NCBI GenBank assembly: GCA_004764695.1
Contig: SMSO01000025.1
Span: 5,372,862-5,436,861, forward strand
Direction: 5' to 3'
DNA: 64,000 nt
Source: Schizochytrium sp. TIO01
Taxonomy: Eukaryota; Protista; Bigyra: Labyrinthulomycetes
Below, in pieces: positions 11,412 through 24,652 of this stretch. A model generated the notes under the pieces. That model made no database searches. It worked only from the letters and a program-made list of their open reading frames with translations, and was not told the DNA's origin. The position numbers and the translations under genes were made by a program. Within the stretch, counting starts at the first letter, position 1. Each line of letters opens with the position of its first letter.

Positions 11412-12566
11412 ATGTTTCGTTTCTTTACTCTCTGTGCCATTCTGGCTTTGAGCACTTTGTCTGCTGATGCTGCGTACATCACATTCAATGCCACTACCAA
11501 CGAATATACCGACCTCGAATCAATGCTCCCAACTCTTCTCGAGAAGTCCATCGCTGGCTGGAACAACATTATCAAAGAGACTCAGGATTCAATTACCTTT
11601 ACCCAGTCCACAAACCTGAAGAACTACTGCAACATTGACTATACAATCTCTGCAGGAACCAAAATCAAGGGCCTTCAGGTCTTCGTACAATTCATCGAAA
11701 CGGCAAGCACCTCCATTGCCACGACCGAAATTTGTGCATTCTCGAAGCAGGATGGATACTACTTCCCGCGTATTGGTCTCATCACCATGGATGTAAGCAA
11801 ATCTGAGGAATGGAGCAAGCGCGTGCTCGATAATGTCATGGAGCACGAGATTGGCCACATTCTTGGCCTCGGTACGCTTTGGAACAGCTATGGTTATGTC
11901 TCGAACGGTGCTTATGGCGGATCGAACGGTGTCTACGGATACGAGCAGGTCGGTGCTTCTGATGGCGTCGAGAGTGTGCCTGTGCAGCGCAGCCAGTCTT
12001 CTGATCTTTTCCACTGGGATGATCGTGTTCTTGGTGGCGAGCTCATGACTGGTCGCATGAATGGTCACTTCCAGCCCATGTCTAGCGTCACTGTGGAGGC
12101 CCTGAAGGATCTTGGATACCAGGTCTGGCCGAATAATGCTGATTCTTTCTCCTTGGATGAAAACACCTACAAAAACGACACTTATGACGTGTGGATTGAC
12201 CTGTACCATGACTATACCCCACTTGGTACCACCGCTAAGATTCCTCTCTTTAGCAGCGGCAAGCTCGCCTACTCTACTGTCACCTTTAGCTCGGCAAGCT
12301 CATCTTCAAGCAGCAGCGGTAGCAGCTCTGGTGTTACAAACAATTACTACTATGGCGACAGTCGCATGCACCCGAGCGCGTGGGAGATCTCTGTGACGGT
12401 TCTGCTTGCTGTGTTTGCCGTTGCTCTCTTTGGAACGTGCGGCATGTGCTTATACCGCCGTCGTTTCATGAATCAAGTTGATCCTCCCACGCAAACAGCC
12501 AAGTTCGACAGCGAGCTCCCGCCGATCCACCGCGACACTCATGCGCACTCAATGAATGCTGTCTAA
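11412..12566 (+). CDS. Leishmanolysin-like M8 membrane metalloprotease, copy 2
   Basis: Signal peptide, HEIGH, HWDD, ELMTG, poly-Ser stalk, PSAWE + TM, tail ending HSMNAV. Confidence 0.9.
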   Translation: MFRFFTLCAILALSTLSADAAYITFNATTNEYTDLESMLPTLLEKSIAGWNNIIKETQDSITFTQSTNLKNYCNIDYTISAGTKIKGLQVFVQFIETASTSIATTEICAFSKQDGYYFPRIGLITMDVSKSEEWSKRVLDNVMEHEIGHILGLGTLWNSYGYVSNGAYGGSNGVYGYEQVGASDGVESVPVQRSQSSDLFHWDDRVLGGELMTGRMNGHFQPMSSVTVEALKDLGYQVWPNNADSFSLDENTYKNDTYDVWIDLYHDYTPLGTTAKIPLFSSGKLAYSTVTFSSASSSSSSSGSSSGVTNNYYYGDSRMHPSAWEISVTVLLAVFAVALFGTCGMCLYRRRFMNQVDPPTQTAKFDSELPPIHRDTHAHSMNAV

Positions 12567-13469
12567 ATCCATGCGCCCTCATTTACCGTGCCCTTTATCA
12601 TTTCTCATAATTTATATTGATATCACATGAGAAGTTAACACATGAAGCAGATTTACTCTTATACTTTGGCGCTCCTTTTTCATTTCCTTGGTTCACAATA
12701 TGTGCCAGGCCGCTCTTTAGAAGGAAGCAAAGGATTTGCTAGCCCAATATTATTATCCACACAAGTCGGTAAGTCTTGCTTGCACCATGGCAGTCACAAC
12801 ACTGTTTCAATGTAGAATACCAGCGTTGAATCATTTCATGCAGGCATGAACTTCAAGCCATCTATCCCGCAACAACATCTGTTGCACAAGTCACCTCCTC
12901 CCAGGAGGATTCATCTTTGGTGATATAAGACACTCCCTAGCCTCAAGCGCAGAGCCGCCGCTTCTCAATAAGTTTGGACATCTCTGCTCTTGCGGTGGCC
13001 TCTGCGTACTTTTCAATTTACGGTATGAAGAAAAGAAACAGAGCACCAAGCATTCTCTCGCCGCCCTGTAGATTGCACACAAGGTGACTTCTTCTCTGGC
13101 AAATGGCGGGCCTGCTCCACTTCTATCCTTGCTATCATTTCCTCGCTGCCCTTCTCCTCTGTTTAGGGCATCTTCCCTCCCGCCCATGGAGAGGAGATAC
13201 GCTCTTCTTCTGAATAAGTGCCATGCACCGCCTGATTCAGGTTGCCTGCCTAGCACTGTGCGCGATTCAGGGCTGTTCTGGGCCATTACAGTACGGATTC
13301 GGCTCGCCCTCGCAGGCATAAAATCTCAGGTTGCTCAGACTCTTCGCGAGAACCAATCGCCTTCGCAGCACCACCGCTCCGACCCCAGCTTTCCATAATC
13401 GCGTGTTCCGCATCCCAAACGCCGCACAACCAGAGCAGATCGAGCGATCGGCCTCATTCCACGACCCTT

Positions 13470-13536
13470 CATTTCACTCATTCATTCACTCATTCACTCA
13501 TTCAATCACTCACTCATTCACTCATTCAATCACTCA
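13470..13536. repeat. (CATT/CACT)n compound microsatellite
   Basis: Repeated cattcact/caatcact units. Confidence 0.8.
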
Positions 13537-14024
13537 AACGAGGGCTTCCCAACTTCCTGCAAAGCACACCACAGAATCTCTTCCTACTACCTCTACTGCC
13601 ACCGCTAGTGCTCTCTACCTTCTATCCGACTGCCCGTTTGCAACGAATGCGTGCTATCTATACGCATAGCTAGCGAGCGGTCTATCTATCTATCCTCTAT
13701 CCAAGTGGAAGCAGGTCACTCGCGACGGCACGTCCCCGCAGCGGGCGGCGATCACTGGGGAGCAAGCACGAGATCGCGCGTGCGGGGACACCGCAGGTAG
13801 TGCGGGGGGCACCCGCAGGGCAGTGGAGTGACCGGCCGATGCGCGTTTCGGAGGGAGTTGAATGGGGCAAATGGGGCAAATGGAGGCTCGAAGCAGAAGG
13901 AGAAGAGCGAGCTGTCCACAGCAGGAGAAGACAGCTTTGGATGCGCGTGCAGAGGGACTCGAGGAAGAGGGCGGAGGCGGCAGAGGCGGAACGGGAAGCG
14001 GCGGAGGAGGCTGCCGAGATGGCG

Positions 14025-14061
14025 TTGATTGATTGATTGATTGATTCATTCATTCATTCAC

Positions 14062-14096
<35 letters not shown>

Positions 14097-14130
14097 CACA
14101 TTGATTGACTGATTCGTTGATTCGTTGATT
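14025..14130. repeat. (GATT)n/(CATT)n compound microsatellite
   Basis: Long ttga/ttca tetranucleotide runs. Confidence 0.85.
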
Positions 14131-15402
14131 CAGTCAGCAGGCATCCATTCAGGCAGCGCAGACGCAGTTTTCGGCGGCGATTTGGGAGGCATATGAGCGA
14201 CGGAGGGATTTGGGTAAGTGAGTGACTTGATGGAAGGCAGTTCGCCAAGAACGAGTTTAGTTTGCTTTGCTTTGCTTTGCTTTGCTTGATTGCTTGCAGA
14301 GCCTTTTGCGCGAATTGCGCTGAGATCGCTCGATGGAGAAGATGTGGCCAAGGTCCTGGAGGCTGAGGCGAAGCTCGGGACGTTGCGAGGCAGCGAAGAC
14401 GTGCGTGGCGGCATCAGAGGAGGCGAAGCGCAACTGCAGAAGGTGCGTGGAAAGAACTGAAAGCTTGCGCAGCTTCCTCGCGGGGATGCACGCGATGTCA
14501 CGTCGGAGTGGTGAGCCGTTTGGGCTGGTAGAAACGGAGTGCCAAGCCAACGCAGGAAGAAGAAACCTGGGTGCGAAGACACTGTAGGCTAACGCGAGTG
14601 TTTCGCAGAAAGATAGAGAGCCCAAGACGGAGCTCCTGAGAGCGAAGCAAGCCGCCTCGTGAAGCGAGCGATTAAGGGAGGCGCCGCAGGCCGAGAATGC
14701 CCGCCTCGAGGGGCCTCCACGCATGCAGCTGCTTGGGAAATAGAGGTCACTTCTTCCACTGAGACGCAAAGATCTGAGTCGCACATACAGAGCGTTAAAG
14801 AGTCTGCACAATCTTTAGGCGACTTGGATTCCATTGTTTGGAAGCTTTGCGAACTGTCGATAATAGTGGTACGTGTGTCTTTAGAGAAGCTTGGACGAGG
14901 GTGTAGCTCCAAAGGCACGAAAAACCAACGCAGAAGCTGACGAGTGAGGCAGCAGGTTGAAAACCAACCAATATACTTTGATTGCTCTCCCCATTGTCCC
15001 CGTCACTCCGTCGTACTCTCCCACTAAAGCCCGTCGCGTCCGCAGTTCTTCTAAAGGATCGAAGAGCTCGAGGAAACCTTGGGGTCAACCTTTCAAATAT
15101 TCTGATTTTCATCGATCACTCTATTTGCTTTATATTAAATCCAACTGCTTTTCTCAAAAACTCTCATATCTCGTAGTAGAAGAAATCCAAGACTTTAAAA
15201 AGGCAACAACCTTGGTCGACCCTGTCTAATAGAGGTGGGTATTTGTTAGCATAGTAGTTTAGTTTCTGCAACATGAAAGGAATACCTAGAGCATCATAGT
15301 GTATGGTGCCATACTTCAATTTAAGGCGCAGACTTTGAGAAGCAAACCCAAAACTCCAAACCCGAAACCCCAAACAAAAACAACAATCACACAACAGTCA
15401 AC

Positions 15403-16557
15403 ATGATTATGTCGATGCGAACTCTCGTTTTTTGCTTTGCTTTGGCGCTATCCAGCATGGTTGCCAAGGCAGACTATATTACCATGGAGGTTGTCACCAA
15501 CGAGTATGACAACATCACCAGTATTATGGACACACTCATCACCAAGGCAACGTCCGGCTGGAATAGCCTTATCAAGGAGACCCAGGAGTCTATTACTTTC
15601 ACTCAGGCTACCAGCCTCAAAAAGTACTGCGACATCGACTACACGATCTCTGCAGGCACCGAAATTGAAGGCTTGCTTGTCCTTCTTCAAATTGTTGAGA
15701 CCGAGAGCACCTCAATTGTGACCTCTGAGATCTGCACCTTTGCCCTGGAAGACAGCACTTACTTCCCCCGCATTGGCCTCATCACCATGGATCTGAGCAA
15801 GGCAAAGGAGTGGAACAAGCAGGTCCTTGATAACATTTGGGAGCACGAAATCGGCCACCTCCTCGGTCTCGGTATGCTTTGGGAGCGCTACGGACTTGTC
15901 TCAAACGGCGCTTACACCGGCGAGAACGGTATTTACGGCTACGAGCGTGTCGGTGCCTCTGAAGGTGTAGAGAGTGTCCCTGTACAGCGTAGTTTGTCTT
16001 CGAGCATTTACCATTGGGATGACTTTGTTCTCGGTGCCGAGCTTATGACTGGCCGCATGAACGGACACTTCCACCCTCTTTCCTACGTGACCGCTCACTC
16101 TTTGGTCGACCTTGGCTATCAGATCAACTCCAACAAGGCGGATTCTCTTGACCTCGTTGAGGATGATTATGATAATGATACCACTGGTGTATGGATTGAT
16201 CTTTTTCACGACTTTTCTCCTATCACCTCTGACCAAAAGGTGCCCGTCTTCAGTGATGGAACCATTTCCTACAAGACTGTACAATTTAGCGACTCTGACA
16301 ACTCCTCTTCTAGCAGTAGCACCAGCAACTACTACTACTATGATGATGATCACCCCCACCCTAGCACTTGGGAGGTTGCTATTACTGTTCTCTTTGCCGT
16401 CGTTGTGGTTGCGCTCATTGGTACCTGCTGCGTATGCTTTTACCGTCGTCGTATGATGAAGCGCGCTGATGCTCCGACTGAGCCTAGCAAATTCGAAGAT
16501 TGCGAGCTTCCGCCTATTCAACGTCAGCAGAACTCGCACTCTATGAATGCTGTCTAA
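15403..16557 (+). CDS. Leishmanolysin-like M8 membrane metalloprotease, copy 3
   Basis: Signal peptide, HEIGH, HWDD, ELMTG, PSTWE + TM, tail ending HSMNAV. Confidence 0.9.
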   Translation: MIMSMRTLVFCFALALSSMVAKADYITMEVVTNEYDNITSIMDTLITKATSGWNSLIKETQESITFTQATSLKKYCDIDYTISAGTEIEGLLVLLQIVETESTSIVTSEICTFALEDSTYFPRIGLITMDLSKAKEWNKQVLDNIWEHEIGHLLGLGMLWERYGLVSNGAYTGENGIYGYERVGASEGVESVPVQRSLSSSIYHWDDFVLGAELMTGRMNGHFHPLSYVTAHSLVDLGYQINSNKADSLDLVEDDYDNDTTGVWIDLFHDFSPITSDQKVPVFSDGTISYKTVQFSDSDNSSSSSSTSNYYYYDDDHPHPSTWEVAITVLFAVVVVALIGTCCVCFYRRRMMKRADAPTEPSKFEDCELPPIQRQQNSHSMNAV

Positions 16558-16739
16558 TATGACACTCTAAATCGCAACACGTCTTTATTCATACTAGAAG
16601 ATATTCGTACCATGATTGAGCCCTTAAATGGGTACTTTAAAACAATAAATGATGGCTTCGTCACAGATGATATTTCCTAGCTTGCTCACGTCTTTCGAAA
16701 TCCATAAGTTTTCTGTCATGCTGTCCTCCTTTTACTTCT

Positions 16740-17110
16740 CAAGATGCATGTATTCATTCTATTTGATGCATCTCTGGCAAATCCTAATGCTAATGTGTGG
16801 TTGTCATTCTGAAATCAATTGAGTTTATGTCTTGCTCATTTCCTATGATTTCCAAGATGAACGTATTCCACCCTGATGCATCTCTGGCAAATCATAATGT
16901 TGGTATGATGGTATCATTTTGAAATCAATCGAGTTTCTATCTTGCTTTACGCCTTTGATTTTCCACTTGTTGCATCTCTGGCAAATGATAGTGTTGATGT
17001 GCTGGTATCATTTTGAAATCACTTGAGTTTATGCCTTGCTCACTTCCTATGATTTCTAAGATGCACGTATTCCACTTGATGTTTTGGCGAATCCTTATAT
17101 TAATGTGCCT
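16740..17110. repeat. Degenerate ~110-bp tandem repeat (~3.4 copies)
   Basis: Anchor GCATCTCTGGCAAAT at 16768, 16878 and 16972, with a decayed copy near 17081. TCATT(C/T)TGAAATCA..GAGTTT recurs in each full unit. Confidence 0.8.
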
Positions 17111-19214
17111 GAGAGTGGCCACAATGACCTAAGCCGAAACAGGTTCTAACATAGATTTATCTTCGATTCAGCTCACAAGATACTATGGGATATGTTTCCA
17201 CAAATTATTCGGCAAAAACTGTCGAGCAAGCCAATCTTTAAGAAACACGTACTGCTCGATATTCAGCATATTTGAACTTTTGCTTTTGCTCGGAAGGTGC
17301 TACTCGTACTAGAGATCGGCTTATGCAGAAAAAGCTATCTTTCAGTAAAGTTAGATCCCAGAATTATTCAGCATAATCATTGCAGCTGAATCATTTTGTC
17401 TTTACTTTTGCTAGCGCTTATAAACAACAGCAAACTCAGCAAAATCATGCGTCGAGACTCTTCAAGAAACTCTTAAAGCGCCTCGAAAAGGGGTGATATG
17501 TTGCCTTGCATCACTTAAGGGTGTTTATCAATGCAAAGACACATAGATAACGAGGGAATATAATGTCCTTCTTGGGCATTTTGAAGTAGACGAAGTAAAT
17601 GTACATCTGAATCTGGTCAGAGAAAAATATTCAGAGCAACGAATTCAGAGTTGTCCATATCTTGCTGAATACGGATGAATTCAGGATTTGAAAGTGGAAA
17701 GAGTGATCTCAGTGCATGCATAGCCCTATACATATTCTCTGCGTATAACTTAGTTCTTTTTCCATTTGTAAAGTCGTAACCTAAATAGTGTTACCTGATA
17801 ATATATGCATTCATGCATGTATGCATGCATGCATTTGCGCGCTTTATCCCTCATGGCCTCCTTTCAATAATTTCGCAATTGCAATTTACATTCAGAATAG
17901 GTGCCCCATTATTTGCGCCCTCAAATTTCCAATACCAACTTGCAGAAATCAACGAGGAACAAACGAAAAACAATAGCAGTGAATGAAAACTAAAAAACCG
18001 CCGGCCAAAAATATTTCGGGCAATCCTTGGCAAGCGATGATTCCCTACCTTGGTGCAAAGCAGGCCGAGTGTTATGCTCAGGGGTATGCACGCAGTCGAA
18101 GCAGCAGATGCAAATGCATCTGAGAGATGCCGGGGCGGGCTCCAATTGCCAGAAGCGACCCATTCGCACGAGAGGGCACGCGTGGAGCGACCACAGCCGC
18201 TGTGGGCAGGAAGCGCCGGCAGACGCCGATGCGCATCCTGGGCGGCCAAAGGGCACACAGCGCTGCGGGGCCTCCGCGTTGCCTCCACGGTGCACGTGCG
18301 AGGGCTGCCCCGCAGCAGAGCACAGCCCAGAGCGGTTTGCGAATGGGCGTGTCGAATTAATTCATCGATCAATTCCACAGGAACGAGGCATTTGGAAGTC
18401 TGCGCGAAGAAAGACATGGGCTCCTACGGCGGTCAGTACGCACTGTTAGAAGGCAGCGCATGGAGTCAGGAGTGGCCTGAAGTGAAGGCCTGTTTGAGCT
18501 CGTTACTTTTCTTCTCCTTTGTTTTTTTTGCTCTTTGGTTGTTTTTGTTTTGCGTGCCTGGATTGTGGAAGAGATGATTTTAGGTGCCGTCGGTATAACT
18601 ACTTCGAGTGCAGATGCACTAAGAAAGCAAGCTGAATTTGGCTGCGTATCTTGCCACTGAGTGGGCGCGTGTAAGGAGTTGCGGATTTTGTTTGGCCAAG
18701 AGAAACGCAGAGCTCGGGAGTCGGGGTCGAGTAAGCGAAACGTAGACAGCAAGTGCTACAGAGGAAGCGTGGCGTTAGCTGCAGCGGGCAAGTCGCTCCT
18801 CTGCCTCCGGCCATTCATTTATTTCCTTTTCCTGGTTACTTTCGAAATTTGCGAGTCGCCGCCCCTTTTTTTTTAAGAAAGAAAAGGATTGGGGTTTTCA
18901 TTATAGTTACCATTGCCGGACTTAGGAAGCCCATCAATAATCTTGAAGTCACGCGAAGGTATCTCGGCTTAGAAGGCCGAAAGCAAGAAACTACCACCCT
19001 GAGGGTGGAATCCTTTATTTTTAATTTAAAAACAAAAGAAATAAGGGAAAAGAGGTTCTCTTCCCGGTCTTAAGGGGAGAAAGCTTAATGCGATAAGATG
19101 TATCCTGGACAAATTGATTTTAGCATTGCATCTCACCACCAAACCTTCAACTCCAAAACCTAAACTCTAAACTCAAGAAAACAAGCCACGTTGCAATCAA
19201 CCTACGGCACCAAG

Positions 19215-20357
19215 ATGATGAAGGCAATTGCTCTGTGCATGGTGCTTGCACTCTGCAATGTTCTTGCTTCTGCAGACTATGTAAGCATGGAGGTCACCAC
19301 CAACGAGTACACTGATATTGCAGACATGCTCCCGACTCTCCTCACCAAGTCCTACCAAGGCTGGAACAACGTCATCAAGGATACCTCAGACTCCATTACC
19401 TTCACCAAGTCAACCAACTTGAAGAAATTTTGTGATGTTGACTATACTATCTCGTCTGGAACCAAGATCAGCGGACTCAAGGTTCTGGTTCAATTCGTTG
19501 AGACCGACAGCACATCTCTAGCGACCACTGAGATCTGCGCTTTTGCCAAGCAAGGTAACTACTATTTCCCTCGCATTGGTCTTCTCACGATGGATCTTAG
19601 CAAGGCTAAGGAGCTAAACGCTCGGGTGCTTGATAACGTCATGGAGCATGAAATTGGACACCTTCTTGGCATTGGCACTCTCTGGGAGCGTTACGGCCTT
19701 GTGAAGAATGGTGCCTATATTGGCCAAGGTGGTGTCTATGGCTATGAGCGTATTGGGGCTGCATTCGGTGTCGAAAGTGTTCCCACCCAGCGCTCCTTGA
19801 CATCGAGCCAATATCATTGGGATGATCATGTCCTTGGTAGTGAGCTTATGACTGGACGCATGAATGGCAAATTCCATCCACTTTCCTCCGTTACCCTGAA
19901 CGCTCTTACCGATCTTGGTTACCAGGTGTGGCCGAACCGTGCCGATGCTCATGATGCACTTGACAACAACCGTGGAAATGACACCACCAGCGTTTGGATT
20001 GATCTCTTCCATGACTACCAATCTATTAGCGTCGATCAAAAGGTACCTATCTTTGCTGATGGAACTATTTCTTACGAAACTGTCCAGTTCTCTAGTGCTG
20101 ACGCTATTTCCTCAAGCTCATCCGAGTCTAGCCACTACCATACTTATGAGCAGCACCCGAGCACCTGGGAAATTGTTGTTACTGTCCTCCTTGTCGTGGT
20201 TGTTCTTACTCTCATTGGCACTTGTGGTGTTTGTCTGTACCATCGTCGTGTGCAAAAGTTTGGAAATGATCCCACTGAGCCAGTCAAATTTGATGACGGC
20301 GCATACCCTCCTGTCCACCAGCAGCAGCAGAATGCGCATGCCATGAATGCCGTATAA
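19215..20357 (+). CDS. Leishmanolysin-like M8 membrane metalloprotease, copy 4
   Basis: ATG 19215 begins the signal peptide MMKAIALCMVLALCNVLASA. HEIGH, HWDD, ELMTG, PSTWE + TM, tail ending HAMNAV. Confidence 0.9.
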   Translation: MMKAIALCMVLALCNVLASADYVSMEVTTNEYTDIADMLPTLLTKSYQGWNNVIKDTSDSITFTKSTNLKKFCDVDYTISSGTKISGLKVLVQFVETDSTSLATTEICAFAKQGNYYFPRIGLLTMDLSKAKELNARVLDNVMEHEIGHLLGIGTLWERYGLVKNGAYIGQGGVYGYERIGAAFGVESVPTQRSLTSSQYHWDDHVLGSELMTGRMNGKFHPLSSVTLNALTDLGYQVWPNRADAHDALDNNRGNDTTSVWIDLFHDYQSISVDQKVPIFADGTISYETVQFSSADAISSSSSESSHYHTYEQHPSTWEIVVTVLLVVVVLTLIGTCGVCLYHRRVQKFGNDPTEPVKFDDGAYPPVHQQQQNAHAMNAV

Positions 20358-23300
20358 ATAACTTTCAAAGTCTATATAATAACTACATCTTGCCTGCACT
20401 TCACCCTCATCTTTCAATCTTTGAATCTCTGCATATGTGACAAAGCGATTGAAGAAGTAAGAAACTAGCTAGACATAACTAATACAGGAACTCAAGTTGA
20501 ATACTGGCTACAACTGGTTTGAGGGTCCCTCTATTTGATGACCTTTAAATCACTAATCCGCAGGTATTTGAAGACAATCGTCTACATGGTATCTTAAATT
20601 CTCAGATAGTCGTTGTCTTCTTTCCTGCATTCCCGTCGAAGATGAGAAACTGAATTCTCCGAGATTTAGCGAAAACCGATGCCCTCTATATGATGATTGG
20701 GACATCCAGCTCACTCTACTATAGACAAATTAAGCCTCATCACTTGTACTTTGCCAAAAAGCATCTTCAATTTGCGCATGGCTCGGGTGGACAAACTTGT
20801 TTGCATAGGAAAGAAAAATTCCAACATTTCAAGTTTTAGACTGAAATTCATCATAGGTTGTTCTTGTGACTCGAGCGATCAAAGAAACCAACAATTTCGA
20901 CTCGAAACGGTTTGTCCAAAGTTGCCAATTATTATATCAGTAGCATTGTCGACAAAGGCAAAGTTTAGACAGGATGACTCAACCCTAATCAGGGGTTCGA
21001 TCAGAATCTTGGTTCCAAAGAACGAACGCAGCAAATATCTTCCCTCACCTGCTCCTTTGCAACATTTTGTTTTCGACTCTGTGTACTACTGTTCAGTTCA
21101 AGACCTAGATGATTACAGTTGCCTGCGATTTTGCGCAATCGATCTCTTGTTGGATCGAACTTAAAGTAAGGCTTTACTGTGCAGATCTGATGAGGAGTAG
21201 ATACAAACAGAGTTATGCATCTGAATTTGCGTCGAATGGTCTCCTAGTAGTAGCTTGGTCGCCGACGAAAACGAGAATTCTAGGCATCATTGCTTGTTAA
21301 CCCTAATCGGCAAATCTGTTCTTGCGTTGAGTTTAATATTTAATAACGAGAGAATACATTCTTCTCGTATACCTTTCGTATTCTGAAAGATTAGTTTTCG
21401 CTTTGTGCAATCCTCAATCAAATTTCGGGTTAGCAAGATGTGCTGCGATTATGCATCAGTGACGAGATTCTACCCTTAAATGCCATCATTTGGACTAGAC
21501 TTTGCTTCAACCTCTGATTTTCAGACGATAGGGCGGAAAGTAGCTATCTGTCTAATGCTCAGATTACCTGGTAATCGCGGGACAACTTTAAACAAAACGC
21601 TGCTATTAATAAAGCGAAGACTCAGCCAGCTTAGCCCAGCCCTAAATCGAACATCCTATAAATATCTTCTCTCTGCCTCACTTTCCTCGCCTATTTAGCC
21701 GGCTGCCCGTGCATTACGGCCATTTGCTCTTGCTCTTACTTCATAAAAAAAACACTGCGCCCCTCACCATCGTCCTGCCCGCTCATCTCTTGCATCCCAA
21801 GTGCTTTCCCAATCGCAGCGCGATCCACAGAACGAGCCCAAAGCAGCACGTCAATGGCAGGTAGGCAGCCTGTTCCAATAAACCGCGGCGTTCAACCTAA
21901 CGCAGTGGAACGAACGAGGTAGTTAAACGAATTCTGAATCATTTTCAGAATCTCGTTCATTTCGCCCTGAAATCGGCCGATTTCAGACCACGCGGCGTCT
22001 GGCGCCGGATTGAAAAGCGCTCGAATGATGGAAAACCCACGCCTTGCGCCGCAGCGGCTGCCGGTCGACAGGGCGTTCGTGCGTGCGCGCGGGCAGCCGG
22101 CCCCGGCGTCCTGAGGAAGCCTCGCTCCTCGCGGGAGCACGAGCCGGAGGCCCTGCGAGACAGACAGCACGCACGGCGGTCTTTCGCTGTGCCCACAGTT
22201 GACCGGGAGAGAGAAAGGCCGAGAAGCTAAAAGGGAACCCGGCACGGGCAAGCGCGTGCAGAGACGAAGCTGCTCGAGTGAGAGCTCTTCTCTTGGCCAA
22301 GGATTCGAAAGATCTGGCGGCGGGGATCTGCTCAGAGCTCGAGCGAAATGCAGCATGCATATGCATCCATTCATCCATGCACTCCGTGGCCTTGGACGCA
22401 GGCAGATGAGGTGATAGACTGGCAGAGGGAAGTCGTCTGGCGGGGTCTGCGGCGTCGTCGCTGGCAACGCCGCTTGGGCGGCCCTCGCAGAAGAAGACGC
22501 CGCGAAGGCACTCAGGCCGGTGGCGCAGTGCAAGAGGGAGTTTGCATCACGCAGGCGGCAGAGGAAGTTGGGCACTGGCTGAGGAGAAGGAAGGAGGGAG
22601 TTTCAAAGTTTCAATGTCTGGGCGCTGACTGATTTGAAGACCCTCGCGAAAACATCTGCGTACCTGGGCACTCGGATATACGCAGCGTTGGGTTAAGGAC
22701 AGCGGCTTTGTGCGAAAAAGCGCTGAGGCAGTCCTGTCCACAGGGTCTAAGGCCCTCTGGGCGTCCGAACGCAGACAGCTTGGGCATCGTGAGCATGGTG
22801 ACTTGTTCATAGGCACGTCTGGGAAGCCAATGAATCGTCGCGAAGTGCACGAATGGCGGAGATGCATTTGTGCAGATGAACCGCCTACTTTAGCGGCAAA
22901 AGGAAAAGGAAATGGAAAGAAAAAAATGTGCCAAAGTCTGAGAATTTCTCAGCCTGAAGTGAGGAGATGTCTGCGCCAAAGCGTGCGATGTCCAATAAGG
23001 CAGGGCCTTTGGATGGTGTAGAAAAGTTTCAGGTTGCTCATATTGGATGAGCGTTATGAAAACCGGGGAAACTGCGCCACTAGGTCGCGTGCAATGAAAT
23101 AGAGTAATGTTCAAGCTGACAAACTTCCCATAAGGCTTGTTCATAAAAGTTTATATCGGCTGGAAGATATCTGCGGTAAAGAGCTGAAAACTTCACTAAT
23201 GAACGCCTTTCAGTAGCATGCAACACTAGTTTCGTCTAGCACTAATGCACAAAGACTAAGAGTTAGTTCCTATTACAGCACATATGAACTTTTAGCTCTG

Positions 23301-23461
23301 TTGAAATATCATATGAAATGTTCTTATCAGAAACACTGTTTGAAATAAGAAAAGAAATTCAGACATGTTCGCCTAAACCAATTCAGCAAAACCAAATCGT
23401 GACATTTCTGAGATCAGGTTCAGTTGCCTGATCAAGTCCAGCATATACACCCTGTAAGAAC

Positions 23462-24652
23462 ATGACGGCACTTTTCAAGTCCTTGCTTTTGGCTCTCTGC
23501 TGTGCCTTTGTGGCGCTGCCGAGCCCTGCTTCCGCAGAGTATGTGACAACGGAGCTCGTTACCAACGAGTATACTGAGCTCGAGGATATCCTTCCAGAGC
23601 TGCTTCGTCGTACTCGCGTCGGCTGGAACAAAGTAATCAAGGAGTCTCAGGATACAATCACCTTTACTCAAGCAACAAACCTCAACAAGTACTGCGATGT
23701 AGACTACACAGTTGCAGCCGGAACCCAAATCAGCGGTCTACTTGTACTTGTGCAATTCATTGAGACCCAAAGCCGTTCTCTTGCCACAACCGAAATCTGT
23801 GCTTTCTCTAAGCAAGGCGATACCTATTTCCCCCGCATTGGTCTCATTACCATGGACGTCAGTAAGTCCCGGGAATGGGTCATGCAGGTACTTGACAACG
23901 TTATGGAGCACGAGGTTGGCCACCTTCTTGGACTCGGAATTCTCTGGGAGCGCTATGGTCTTGTTCAAAATGGTGCCTACATTGGAAGTGGCGGTCTTTA
24001 CGGCTACGAGCGTGTTGGCGCTTCGATTGGTGTCGAGAGCGTACCGACGCAGCGCAGCCTATCTTCAAACACTCACCACTGGGATGACAACGTTTTGGGT
24101 GGAGAGCTCATGACTGGCCGAATGAACGGCAAGTTTCATCCCTTGTCAGCGGTCACACTCAACGCTCTGACTGACATTGGCTATCAAGTTCACCTCAACG
24201 AGGCCGACGATCTTAGCCTGATTGAGGATGGTCCTGGCAATCTGACTTACAGCATCTGGATTGATCTCTTCCACGACTACCAGCCGATCGCCACGGGCCA
24301 AAAGGTTCCGGTCTTTGCTGATGGAACTCTCGCTTATAAATCTGTCAAATTCACTGATTCTGATGGTGAAAGCTCCTCCTCTACCTCTTCGTCTGAGTCC
24401 TCCAGCGGCAGCGGCGATCACTATCACTACATTGTATCTGGCCCGAGCACCTGGGAGATTGTTGCGACTGTTCTTCTTGTTGTTGCCATGCTTGCACTCT
24501 TTGCCACCTGCGGTTTCTGCCTTTACAACCGTCGCATGCAAAAGTTTGCTAACTCCCCCACGGAACCAATGAAGTATGCTGATGGCAGCTACCCTACTGC
24601 CACGGACGCACGTGACACACATCAGCATGATGGCGCTTTGGGCGCCGTTTAA
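23462..24652 (+). CDS. Leishmanolysin-like M8 membrane metalloprotease, copy 5
   Basis: Signal peptide, HEVGH, HWDD, ELMTG, PSTWE + TM, tail ending GALGAV. Confidence 0.9.
   Translation: MTALFKSLLLALCCAFVALPSPASAEYVTTELVTNEYTELEDILPELLRRTRVGWNKVIKESQDTITFTQATNLNKYCDVDYTVAAGTQISGLLVLVQFIETQSRSLATTEICAFSKQGDTYFPRIGLITMDVSKSREWVMQVLDNVMEHEVGHLLGLGILWERYGLVQNGAYIGSGGLYGYERVGASIGVESVPTQRSLSSNTHHWDDNVLGGELMTGRMNGKFHPLSAVTLNALTDIGYQVHLNEADDLSLIEDGPGNLTYSIWIDLFHDYQPIATGQKVPVFADGTLAYKSVKFTDSDGESSSSTSSSESSSGSGDHYHYIVSGPSTWEIVATVLLVVAMLALFATCGFCLYNRRMQKFANSPTEPMKYADGSYPTATDARDTHQHDGALGAV

Noticed and set aside
20580-21500. Possible decayed coding or TE sequence on the minus strand (also 2900-3250, 4850-5760, 30500-31400)
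   Set aside because: Short protein-like stretches broken by stops, with no motif I can identify; needs a TBLASTX/BLASTX search.
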